Shown: positions 56,424 through 64,000 of the stretch, one piece after another
How the letters are laid out: every line of letters begins with the position of its first letter
Numbering within the stretch: position 1 is the stretch's first letter
From: Candidatus Deferrimicrobiaceae bacterium
GTDB lineage: Bacteria > Desulfobacterota > Deferrimicrobia > Deferrimicrobiales > Deferrimicrobiaceae
Length of the DNA stretch: 64,000 nt
NCBI GenBank assembly: GCA_963792415.1
Contig: CAWBVY010000006.1
Coordinates: 224,001-288,000 of the forward strand
Reading direction: 5' to 3'
The notes under the pieces: model-generated
Seen by the model: the letters and a program-made list of their open reading frames with translations, nothing else
The model's database searches: none
What the model was told of the DNA's origin: nothing
Translations under genes and position numbers: made by a program

Positions 56424-56721
56424 GGAAGCGCAGAAGAATACTTGATTAATATCATAAACTTGTGGCTTGTGTTCCCAGGCGTTGGCGGTACGGGTGGCGA
56501 ATATTTTTCCTTAATTGCGATCCGTCCCCGCATCCATGAAGGAAAAGATTTTCCACCAAAGAATACGTGGCCACGGCCGGAGAGCAGGACAGACAACGAT
56601 CCGCGTTTCGGACAGAAACCGATTCCGCAGGCTGGCGGGGAGGATTCCCCTGGGAGGAAACAGGGAATGCGCGATACAATGAAAAGCAAGCGACCACAAC
56701 AACGTCCGGGGTCAGGAAATC

Positions 56722-57615
56722 ATGTTTACGATCAAAGGCCCGGTTCTTGCCGCGATGGATCTTGATGAAGGATCCGATGAACTTCTTCGTCAGGCGGACG
56801 CCCTTGCGCGTTCCTACAAGGTCAAACTTTCCGTCTGCCATGTCCTCCCCGAAATCTTTGCCGTGCGGCCCTTGTTTCCTCAACTGCATCTTGACGACGC
56901 CCTGAATCGCTCCGGGCTCGAGGCTTCGGTTCGCGATGCTCTTCTGGAGCGCATTCGTGCGGTGACAACTCGAAAGTTATCCCAAACAGAGATCGAGATC
57001 GAACAGGGCACGGTGCATGCGGGGATCCTCCGTGCTGCCGAACGCATCGGAGCGGGAGCCGTGGTCGTCGGGGGAAAAGTCGATCCAAAAGGGCTGCACA
57101 TTCTTGGCAACGCTGCGGAGCATGTCGTTCGGTATGCGGATTGTCCCGTCCTTGTGGCGCGGCCCTCGCCCGCGGGAAAGGTACTGGTGGCGACCGACTT
57201 TTCCGATCCCGCACTTCCCGCCGTTGAAGCGGGCGCCGCCGAGGCACGGCGCCGGAAGGCCGACCTGACGATCCTTCATGCCATCGATCTGCTCCCGGTG
57301 ATCCGTCCTTACTACGGAGAGTCCTTTGACATGCCTCCGATGGAACTCAGCGACCGGATGAGAATGATCTGGCAGACAAGGCTTGATGAGTGCGTGCGTC
57401 GCTTCAAGGCCAAGGGCGGTGGCCTGCTTCGCGATGGACCGGCGGCGCCGGCGATTTTGAGCGCGGCGTCGGAACTGCCGGCGCAACTGCTCGTCGTAAG
57501 CACTCACGGCAGGACGGGGTTCCGCCGCGTTGCCCTGGGCAACGTGGCGGAAGCCGTTGTGCGCGCCGCGCCATGCTCCGTTCTAACCATTCGATTATTC
57601 CAGGAACGCGCATGA
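56722..57615 (+). CDS. universal stress protein (two USP domains)
   Basis: VLAAMDL..LGNAAEHVVRYADCPVLV; VLVATDFS..LGNVAEAVVRAAPCSVL. Confidence 0.92.
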   Translation: MFTIKGPVLAAMDLDEGSDELLRQADALARSYKVKLSVCHVLPEIFAVRPLFPQLHLDDALNRSGLEASVRDALLERIRAVTTRKLSQTEIEIEQGTVHAGILRAAERIGAGAVVVGGKVDPKGLHILGNAAEHVVRYADCPVLVARPSPAGKVLVATDFSDPALPAVEAGAAEARRRKADLTILHAIDLLPVIRPYYGESFDMPPMELSDRMRMIWQTRLDECVRRFKAKGGGLLRDGPAAPAILSAASELPAQLLVVSTHGRTGFRRVALGNVAEAVVRAAPCSVLTIRLFQERA

Positions 57616-57679
57616 TCCGATCGAATGGAAACGCACCTTCCAGTCTGTGGGAGGGAAGGAGAGGTGAATTATTGCCGCG

Positions 57680-58360
57680 TCACTTCTTCGGGTGCGTTTT
57701 CTCCCATTCCCTCACCATGCGCTGGGCCTCCTTGAGCTTCTCGGGAGTCAATTTTTTTGCTACCTGGGTCTTTGCATCGGAGGCTTGCCTGTATTCCGCA
57801 CCGGAGGCCCTCGATGCCGCCAGACTGAACCAGAAATACGATTGCACGAAGTCTTGCGGGACCCACTCCCCCAAATAGTATGCGAGCCCGAGAATACGAA
57901 GGGCATCGACATCTCCTTGTTCCGCCGCCTTCCGATACCACTTTTCGGCCTCTGCGTAGTTTTGCGGAGCGCCCTGACCGTTGAGGTACATGAATCCGAG
58001 GTTGTATTGCGCAGATGCGGCCCCCTGCTCCGCGGCCTTCCGGTACCACTTGACGGCCTCGGTCAGGTTCTGCGGGACACCCCAACCGTTCTGAAGCAGG
58101 ATTCCAAGGTTGTACTGTGCCCTCGCGTCCCCCTGCTCTGCCGCTTTCCGGTACCATTTGGCCGCCACCGCGTAGTCCTGCTTGACGCCAGAACCGTTTT
58201 CATACATGGAGCCGATGTTGAACTGGGCTTTCGCGTCCCCTGCTTCCGCTTTTTTCCGGAGGGTTTTCATGTCGGCAGACAGTGGGGAGGTTTCCAGAAG
58301 GGTCAACATCAGGACCGCCAGGATAATCCCACGGAAGGGATTTCTTTTGACTCCAGACAT
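57680..58360 (-). CDS. secreted Sel1-repeat protein
   Basis: Repeated AQYNLG..Y.NG.GVPQ...A.KWYRKAAEQG. Confidence 0.93.
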   Translation of the reverse strand: MSGVKRNPFRGIILAVLMLTLLETSPLSADMKTLRKKAEAGDAKAQFNIGSMYENGSGVKQDYAVAAKWYRKAAEQGDARAQYNLGILLQNGWGVPQNLTEAVKWYRKAAEQGAASAQYNLGFMYLNGQGAPQNYAEAEKWYRKAAEQGDVDALRILGLAYYLGEWVPQDFVQSYFWFSLAASRASGAEYRQASDAKTQVAKKLTPEKLKEAQRMVREWEKTHPKK

Positions 58361-58547
58361 CGCCCCCTCCGAGTAGCGCTTCCTTTCTTTTACCCCATGG
58401 ACAGAGATCGGGAAAGAGAAAACCCCGGGGCGAGGGTGCTACCGGCAGGGGGAGACCCGCGGACCGGAGCCGCATTGTAATAATGCCGGTTGTGCGGGGT
58501 TTATGCCCGAATCCGTTTTCATTCCATTCCGCGTCACCGTGTTTATC

Positions 58548-59024
58548 TCACTTTTTCTCGTCCCGCCTCTCCTGAGCTTTCAAGACGTGGCACATCTCGG
58601 TGCAGCCCGTCAGGTTCTTCACACCACTGCCCACGTCATTTTTATGGCATTTGAAGCAGGCCTGGTGGTAGGCGTCCTTGAGTCCCCGACGGGCGATGCT
58701 CCCCGGTCGTTCGGACGCCGGGTGACACTCCCCGCAGGACTTCAGCTTGCCGACGTTCAGGTTCTTTTTGAAAACGGAAGGGTCGATCGGATGGCATTCC
58801 GCACAGGCGTTAACCTGAATCGAGCCGTGCTGATGGTGGCAGTCTGCGCATCCGCCCGCCGTGGAAACATGCTCCGAATGGTTGAACCGCACCGGTTCGT
58901 AGATCCTGGACAGGCTCCCCAGAACGAGGTCCTTCGGAACCTTCCCCACAGCGGCCGTTTCGCTTGAGGCCGAGACGCCGATACAGAGGGCAATGGCAAC
59001 CAGTAGGATCGTCGCTTTCTTCAC
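58548..59024 (-). CDS. periplasmic class III (c3-like) multiheme cytochrome c, 5 heme motifs
   Basis: Signal peptide after GTG 59024 (AAGGAG RBS); PVRFNHSEH, CADCHH, CAECH, CGECH, AYHQACFKCH, CTEMCH. Confidence 0.88.
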   Translation of the reverse strand: MKKATILLVAIALCIGVSASSETAAVGKVPKDLVLGSLSRIYEPVRFNHSEHVSTAGGCADCHHQHGSIQVNACAECHPIDPSVFKKNLNVGKLKSCGECHPASERPGSIARRGLKDAYHQACFKCHKNDVGSGVKNLTGCTEMCHVLKAQERRDEKK

Positions 59025-59044
59025 GGTTCCGGTCTCCTTCCGCG

Positions 59045-59737
59045 TTATTCTCCGTCCGTCAGCAGGTGCGTCTTCGCCAGTTCGACCCATTCGGCGCCGC
59101 CCAGTACCCGCGCGATCCCCTCCACCGGGAGACCGCCGTCCTGGAGGACCGGGCCGATGGTTTCGCCGTGGAGCGGATGGAGCTTGTCGAGCGCGTTTTC
59201 CATCCAGGCCCTGGCCAGCTTCCCCGAGAGAAGGTTCCGGGTGTTCGACGCGACCTTGGACGATTTCACCTTCAACAGCCACCCCTTGCCGTACGGATCC
59301 TGGCGCAGGATCTCGGGGGACCGGAGAACCTCGTCGTTCACCTCGACCACCTCGCCGGCGACCGGCGACAGCATCGGGATCCGGTCGGAATCGACCACGA
59401 GGCTCCACCCCTTCTCCCCCTGCGCCAGCCGGGACCCCACGGCGGGCAGCTCGACGGCGTCCACCTTCCCGACGAGCTTCCGGGCGAAGTCGTCCAGCCC
59501 GACGACGCCGATGGAGCCCGGCTCCGGCCGGAGCCAGCCGTGCCCCTGGTGGTAGAAGAGCCCCTCGGGGATCCGGAACCGGGTCACGCTCTCCGGGGCG
59601 ATCCTCGCGCCCGCCGGCGCCTCGCGCGGCTGGTACATGTAGCGGCAGAAGAGCACGAAGACCGCGAGGAACGAGATGACGATCAGGTACTCGATCCCCT
59701 TCGTGGCGTAGATGTCTATGAAGCTGATGCCTTCCAT
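59045..59737 (-). CDS. membrane-anchored glycine-cleavage-H-like protein lacking the lipoyl Lys
   Basis: N-terminal TM; FYHQGHGW, VGLDDFA, SPVAGEVVEVN, DPYGKGWL; VVDSDR in place of ESVK. Confidence 0.85.
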   Translation of the reverse strand: MEGISFIDIYATKGIEYLIVISFLAVFVLFCRYMYQPREAPAGARIAPESVTRFRIPEGLFYHQGHGWLRPEPGSIGVVGLDDFARKLVGKVDAVELPAVGSRLAQGEKGWSLVVDSDRIPMLSPVAGEVVEVNDEVLRSPEILRQDPYGKGWLLKVKSSKVASNTRNLLSGKLARAWMENALDKLHPLHGETIGPVLQDGGLPVEGIARVLGGAEWVELAKTHLLTDGE

Positions 59738-59810
59738 GTTCCCACCTCCGCGTCTTCCCGATATATTTCCTCTACGACCTCATGCGAGATGCCGACCACG
59801 GACATCCGCG

Positions 59811-60485
59811 TCAGCGGAAATACTTCCGGATCGCGATCTGGAGAATCTCTCCGTCCATGCTCTCCATGATTCCCTCGACGTGAATCCCTCCATCCTGCAG
59901 GGTGGCCCCCACTTCCACGGGCACCGCCCGGTGCAGGGAGAGGAACTCGGTGAAGCTCTTCGCCTCCCTTTCCAGCCACGCCGCGGCCTCCGCGCCGATC
60001 CGGAGCTTCTTCAGGTCCCGGGAGAGGTTGGACGGCCGGAGCAGGAACGCCCACCCCTTCCCGTACGGCTCCTTCCGCGCCTCCGCCGGGTCGGCGTTGA
60101 TCCCCTCGTTCACCGCGCAGACGACGCCGTCGACGGGGGAGACGAACTCGATCCGTTTCCCCGACTGGAGGGCGGCGAACGCCGGCTCCCCCTGGCGCAG
60201 CGTCGCCCCGTCCGGGGGAAGCTCGAACCGGTCGACCTTCCCCAGGATCCCCTGCGCGAAGCCGTCCAGCCCCACCTGCACCGCGCCCGAGGCATCGAGC
60301 CTCGCCCAGGTGTGGCCGCTGTGGACGAACAGGCCGCCGGGCAGTTCCTGCGCCGTCAGGGAAGGGAGCAGCGCGGCCGGCTCACGGACGGCAAGGGCTT
60401 CCGCCGCCGCCTTCTCCCTCCGCTTGAGGGCCAGGTCCACCGCGATACATCCGAGAACCGTGAGTACGACGAGAAGGACTACCAT
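59811..60485 (-). CDS. membrane-anchored glycine-cleavage-H-like protein
   Basis: N-terminal TM; HSGHTW, VGLDGFA, SPVDGVVCAVN, EPYGKGW; QSGKR with the Lys one residue off register. Confidence 0.85.
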   Translation of the reverse strand: MVVLLVVLTVLGCIAVDLALKRREKAAAEALAVREPAALLPSLTAQELPGGLFVHSGHTWARLDASGAVQVGLDGFAQGILGKVDRFELPPDGATLRQGEPAFAALQSGKRIEFVSPVDGVVCAVNEGINADPAEARKEPYGKGWAFLLRPSNLSRDLKKLRIGAEAAAWLEREAKSFTEFLSLHRAVPVEVGATLQDGGIHVEGIMESMDGEILQIAIRKYFR

Positions 60486-60501
60486 GGCCCACCTCCTGCT
60501 C

Positions 60502-61212
60502 TTACCCCAGAAATTGGCTGACGATCTTTCCCCATTGCGCGTCGTTCAACCGGCCGCTGATGTCCGTGAGCGCCTCCCCGCCGTCCGTCGCCGTCATCCC
60601 CAGGTCGGAAGAGAAGACCCGCTGCAGCCGTTCGACCTCGCTCTCGTACCACTTCCGGGCGACCGTCTCGTGGTACAGCCCCTTCACCGCGTCCCCTTTG
60701 AGCTGCAGGGAGAAGATCCACCCTTCGCCGTACGGATCGTCGTTGAGCAGGGAGGGATCCGCGGCCACCTTCGGGTTCACCGCCTTGACGACCCCGTTGG
60801 CGGGCGAAACCAGGTGGGCGGTCCGAGGACCGGAGTGGAGGAGGAAGCAGACGTGGTTCTCCTTCACCGCCACGCCGACCGCGGGCACCGACGCACGGTC
60901 GACCCTGCCGACCAGCCGGGCGGAAAAGTCGTCGATCCCCACCCGGGCCTCGCCCTCTTCCCCGTCGTGCGGGGCGACCCACAGGTGCTTGGGGTGGTAG
61001 TAGTACCCCGACTTCAGGTGAAATCCCCGGACATTCTCCATCCCCTTGCCGGCGCCGGCCACCTCGTTGTACAGGGAGCATTCCTCGAAGTGGCAGGTGG
61101 TGCAGAGGCTCTCCGAGGTGTACAGCCGGTCCACCGGGATCATCTTCGACGGGAACGCCTTGCAGAACGTCACGGTTTTCGTCTCCAGAAAAGGGCATCT
61201 CGTCTCTTTCAT
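60502..61212 (-). CDS. glycine-cleavage-H-like protein with Cys-rich N-terminal domain, no lipoyl Lys
   Basis: CPFL..C..CTTCHFEEC; YHPKHLW, VGIDDFS, SPANGVVKAVN, DPYGEGW. Confidence 0.85.
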   Translation of the reverse strand: MKETRCPFLETKTVTFCKAFPSKMIPVDRLYTSESLCTTCHFEECSLYNEVAGAGKGMENVRGFHLKSGYYYHPKHLWVAPHDGEEGEARVGIDDFSARLVGRVDRASVPAVGVAVKENHVCFLLHSGPRTAHLVSPANGVVKAVNPKVAADPSLLNDDPYGEGWIFSLQLKGDAVKGLYHETVARKWYESEVERLQRVFSSDLGMTATDGGEALTDISGRLNDAQWGKIVSQFLG

Positions 61213-61270
61213 CTGCGCACCCCTTTTCCTTTCGGTGGTCCGGTTCACCCGCTCGACTCCCGGGAACGTT

Positions 61271-61351
61271 TCATGCGTGGTCCGCCCGCGGTTTCACCAC
61301 CGCGACGACCGCCAGAACGATGTACGCGATTCCGATCACCAGGTACCCCAT
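61271..61351 (-). CDS. putative 26-aa single-TM peptide MGYLVIGIAYIVLAVVAVVKPRADHA
   Basis: AAGGAGGT Shine-Dalgarno 7 nt before the ATG; first ORF after the sigma54 site. Confidence 0.6.
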   Translation of the reverse strand: MGYLVIGIAYIVLAVVAVVKPRADHA

Positions 61352-61398
61352 CGTTCCCACCTCCTTCCGCGGGGACGACCTCCCGCGCCTATGTAGAG

Positions 61399-61414
61399 AG
61401 CATCAGCCATGCCA
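61399..61414 (-). promoter_or_regulatory. sigma54 -24/-12 promoter of the GcvH-like/cytochrome operon
   Basis: TGGCATGGCTGATGCT on the minus strand. Confidence 0.6.
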
Positions 61415-61754
61415 TCCTCGGCCCGAACCCCGCAGAGATCAGTAACCTTCTGTTCGTTAAGGGAAACCAGAACCAAGGACCAACCATTTCCGGGAAGGAT
61501 GAAAAACCGGATTCTGTGTGTATTCTCTACGCTTCCAGGAGGGATTACCTAAGTATTCAATTTCTTTCACATTAAAATGTTGTGAATTTCAACAGTACGT
61601 TGAGATTTTCATCACTCCATTTGATCGCCCTTCTGCCCGGTTGACTCCCTGGTACCCCGGCACCCGCCTCTGCTATGGATTTCCACGCTCCAGTCGGGAA
61701 CCCATACGGTCCCTGTTTGAATTTTCCGCACATCCCCCTTGCAGGGTATTTATA

Positions 61755-61782
61755 TTGTATACAGTATACAAAGAACTATAAT
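61755..61782 (+). promoter_or_regulatory. palindromic operator (GntR-like) overlapping a sigma70 promoter
   Basis: TTGTATAC-A-GTATACAA (61755-61771); TTGTAT-N16-TATAAT. Confidence 0.6.
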
Positions 61783-61848
61783 TCCACTGACGGACAGGAT
61801 TTCCGCCGACAGGGTCGTGTTACGCCGACACCACGGGAGGAAAGAGAG

Positions 61849-62766
61849 ATGACCATCAGCAGACGGAACTTCCTGAAGGCCGCGGGTGCGGCCGGCGGCG
61901 CCCTTCTCGGGGGGGGCGCCGCGTCGGCCCGCGCCGCGCAGGTCCCGCAGACCTCGGCGGGGGGCGTCGAGTTCGACGGGATGCTCATCGACACGACGAA
62001 GTGCATCGGCTGCCGCGCCTGCGAGGAGGCGTGCAACGAGGCGAACCATCTCCCCAAGCCGAAGGTCTCCTTCTCCACCGAGAGCGTGTTCGAGGAGACG
62101 CGGGACACGACCACCGGCGCCTTCACGGTCGTGAACCGGTTCCCAAACGAGAAGAAGCCGCAGGAGCCGATCTTCGTCCGGAAGGAGTGCATGCACTGCA
62201 ACCAGCCGGCGTGCGCCTCCGCGTGCCTGTGCCGGGCGATGGAGAAGACCAGGGAAGCCGCGGTCATCTACCACAAGGACCGGTGCATGGGGTGCCGCTA
62301 CTGCATGATCGCCTGCCCCTTCGACATCCCGAAGTTCGAGTACGACAGCCCCACGCCTTACGTGTGGAAGTGCATCTTCTGCAACGAGCGGCAGATGCGG
62401 GGGGAGCCGCCCGCCTGCTCCGAGGTGTGCCCCACCGGCGCGACCCTCTTCGGGAAGAAGCGCGACCTGCTGGAGATCGCCCGGAGCCGGATCTACACGG
62501 AGCCGGACAAGTACGTCCACAGGATCTACGGGGAGCACGAGGTCGGCGGGACCGGATGGCTCTTCCTGACGGGCGCTCCGCCGGAGAAGCTGGGCCTGCG
62601 GACCAACCTGGGGACGACCCCCTACCCCGAGCTCACCTCCGGGTTCCTGTACGGGGTGCCCCTGGTGTTCGTGCTCTGGCCGTCGCTCCTCATCGGGCTG
62701 AACTACCTCATCAAGGATACCAAGGTCGACGAAACGAAGGAGGCCTCCCATGGCGAACAGGACTGA
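61849..62766 (+). CDS. Tat-exported 4x[4Fe-4S] ferredoxin subunit, HybA/HmcB/NrfC family
   Basis: SRRNFLK Tat motif; CIGCRACEEAC, CMHCNQPACASAC, CMGCRYCMIACPF, CIFC..PACSEVCPTGA; C-terminal TM. Confidence 0.9.
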   Translation: MTISRRNFLKAAGAAGGALLGGGAASARAAQVPQTSAGGVEFDGMLIDTTKCIGCRACEEACNEANHLPKPKVSFSTESVFEETRDTTTGAFTVVNRFPNEKKPQEPIFVRKECMHCNQPACASACLCRAMEKTREAAVIYHKDRCMGCRYCMIACPFDIPKFEYDSPTPYVWKCIFCNERQMRGEPPACSEVCPTGATLFGKKRDLLEIARSRIYTEPDKYVHRIYGEHEVGGTGWLFLTGAPPEKLGLRTNLGTTPYPELTSGFLYGVPLVFVLWPSLLIGLNYLIKDTKVDETKEASHGEQD

Positions 62767-64000
62767 CGCGGCGCCCGCGAGCGCCGAAGGCACCGTGACC
62801 TTCCGGGAGGTGGCTCGGGAAACGATCCGGTTCGTCCTGAGCGAATTCAAACCGAAAGGGAAGATGCTGACGCCGTTCAACGTCATCACCGGGGCGATCA
62901 TCCTCTCCGGCCTCGTGATGATCGCCATCCGGTTCGCCTACGGCCTGGGCGCCGTCTCCAACCTCTCCCAGAACTACCCGTGGGGGATCTGGATCGGCTT
63001 CGACGTGGTCACCGGCGTGGCCTTCGCCGGAGGCGCCTACGTCCTGACCTTCGTCGTCCACATCCTGAAGGTGAAGAAGTACGAGCCGATCGTCCGCGTG
63101 ACCGTCCTCAACGGATTCCTCGCCTACGTCTTCTACGCCGGCGCGCTCCTGCTCGACCTGGGGCGCCCCTGGAACGTCATCAACCCCATCATCGGGAACT
63201 CCTTCGGGTTGAGCTCCGTCCTCTTCCTGGTCGCCTGGCACTTCCTCCTCTACATGATCTGCGAGTTCCTGGAGTTCTCCCCGGTCGTCGCGCAGTGGCT
63301 GAACTGGCCGAGGGCGCGCAGGATCCTGGAAGGGCTCACCACCGGCGCCGTCATCTTCGGGATCACCCTCTCGACGCTCCACCAGTCGGGCCTGGGGGCG
63401 CTCTTCCTCCTGGCCCCCTCGAAGATCCACCCGTTGTGGTACTCGGGGAACATCCCGGTGATGTTCTTCGTCTCCAGCGTCTTCGCGGGCCTTTCCATGG
63501 TCATGATCGAGAGCTTCTTCACGCAGAAGGCCTTCAAGGACCGGATCGGGCACGAGCTCCACGCGGCCCACGACAGCATCCTCCTCGGGCTGGGGAAGGG
63601 AGCCGTCGGCGCCCTCTTCGCCTACATCTTCCTCAAGCTCGTCGACTTCGTGCACTACAAGCAGTGGGTCTACCTCGACACCCCGATGGGGTACTGGTAC
63701 CTGTTCGAGATCGTCGGGTTCGTCCTCCTGCCGACCGCCCTCTTCCTCCAGGCGATCCGGCAGCGCAACCCGAAGCTCGTCCAGTTCACCGCGTTCCTCA
63801 CGGCGATCGGGGTGATCCTGAACCGGCTCAACGTCTCCGTCATCGCGTTCAAGTGGTACGAGGCCGTCCGGTACTACCCCTCCTTCATGGAGATCTGGGT
63901 GACGCTGGCGATCATCAGCATGGAGCTCTGGGTCTTCCGGTGGGTGATCAACCGGATGCCCGTGTTCGGAGAGGCGCATGAGGTGGTGGAGGAAAAAACC
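62750..64000 (+). CDS. NrfD/PsrC-family membrane subunit (HybB/HmcC-like), runs off window end
   Basis: Manual translation from ATG 62750 (AGGAGG RBS): NLSQNYPWGIWIGFDVVTGVAFAGG, LLDLGRPWN, LSTLHQSGLG, LNRLNV; not in the ORF track. Confidence 0.9.
   Translation, partial: MANRTDAAPASAEGTVTFREVARETIRFVLSEFKPKGKMLTPFNVITGAIILSGLVMIAIRFAYGLGAVSNLSQNYPWGIWIGFDVVTGVAFAGGAYVLTFVVHILKVKKYEPIVRVTVLNGFLAYVFYAGALLLDLGRPWNVINPIIGNSFGLSSVLFLVAWHFLLYMICEFLEFSPVVAQWLNWPRARRILEGLTTGAVIFGITLSTLHQSGLGALFLLAPSKIHPLWYSGNIPVMFFVSSVFAGLSMVMIESFFTQKAFKDRIGHELHAAHDSILLGLGKGAVGALFAYIFLKLVDFVHYKQWVYLDTPMGYWYLFEIVGFVLLPTALFLQAIRQRNPKLVQFTAFLTAIGVILNRLNVSVIAFKWYEAVRYYPSFMEIWVTLAIISMELWVFRWVINRMPVFGEAHEVVEEKT

Noticed and set aside
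59045-61212. Calling these genes gcvH of a glycine cleavage system
   Set aside because: The lipoyl Lys is missing or out of register, extra domains are present, and the window has no gcvP or gcvT
61756-61770. TGTATA-CAG-TATACA as a second LexA site
   Set aside because: The spacer is 3 rather than 4 nt and the flanks differ; it fits a GntR-type operator better
10-63981. Many long Arg/Pro/Gly-rich ORFs in the track (e.g. 10-1401, 12036-15254, 59902-61575, 62711-63979)
   Set aside because: They are antisense or alternate-frame shadows of recognisable genes in high-GC DNA and show no motifs

Overview
This is a GC-rich bacterial chromosomal window. Its gene content (IorAB, class III cytochrome c, HybA/HybB-type proteins, selenoproteins, sigma54 promoters) suggests an anaerobic deltaproteobacterium-like organism, which is an inference. 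It holds about 60 CDS; I found no rRNA, tRNA, CRISPR array or transposase. Main blocks, in order: (1) a TRAP-IorAB-PaaK operon, probably for aromatic-acid use; (2) a lexA / inactivated-RadA-like / small partner / PolB2 cassette resembling a damage-inducible mutasome, with a perfect 13-bp palindrome over the lexA start and a frameshift in a G8 tract; (3) thiE running in frame into a receiver-domain-LpxC fusion; (4) lemA-TPM genes, YdbH/YdbL-like genes and many stand-alone genes; (5) two selenoproteins split by the ORF track (FrnE/DsbA UxxC and a rhodanese-ferritin fusion), each with a SECIS-like hairpin, flanking a SelD-N-terminal-like oxidoreductase; (6) three copies of an unannotated 64-73 aa protein family; (7) a sigma54 operon with an unannotated 26-aa membrane peptide, three GcvH-like proteins lacking the lipoyl lysine and a 5-heme cytochrome, divergent from a Tat-exported 4Fe-4S protein and an NrfD-type membrane subunit. 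Block 7 is my best candidate for an uncharacterised system. All family calls come from reading motifs by eye; no database searches were run.
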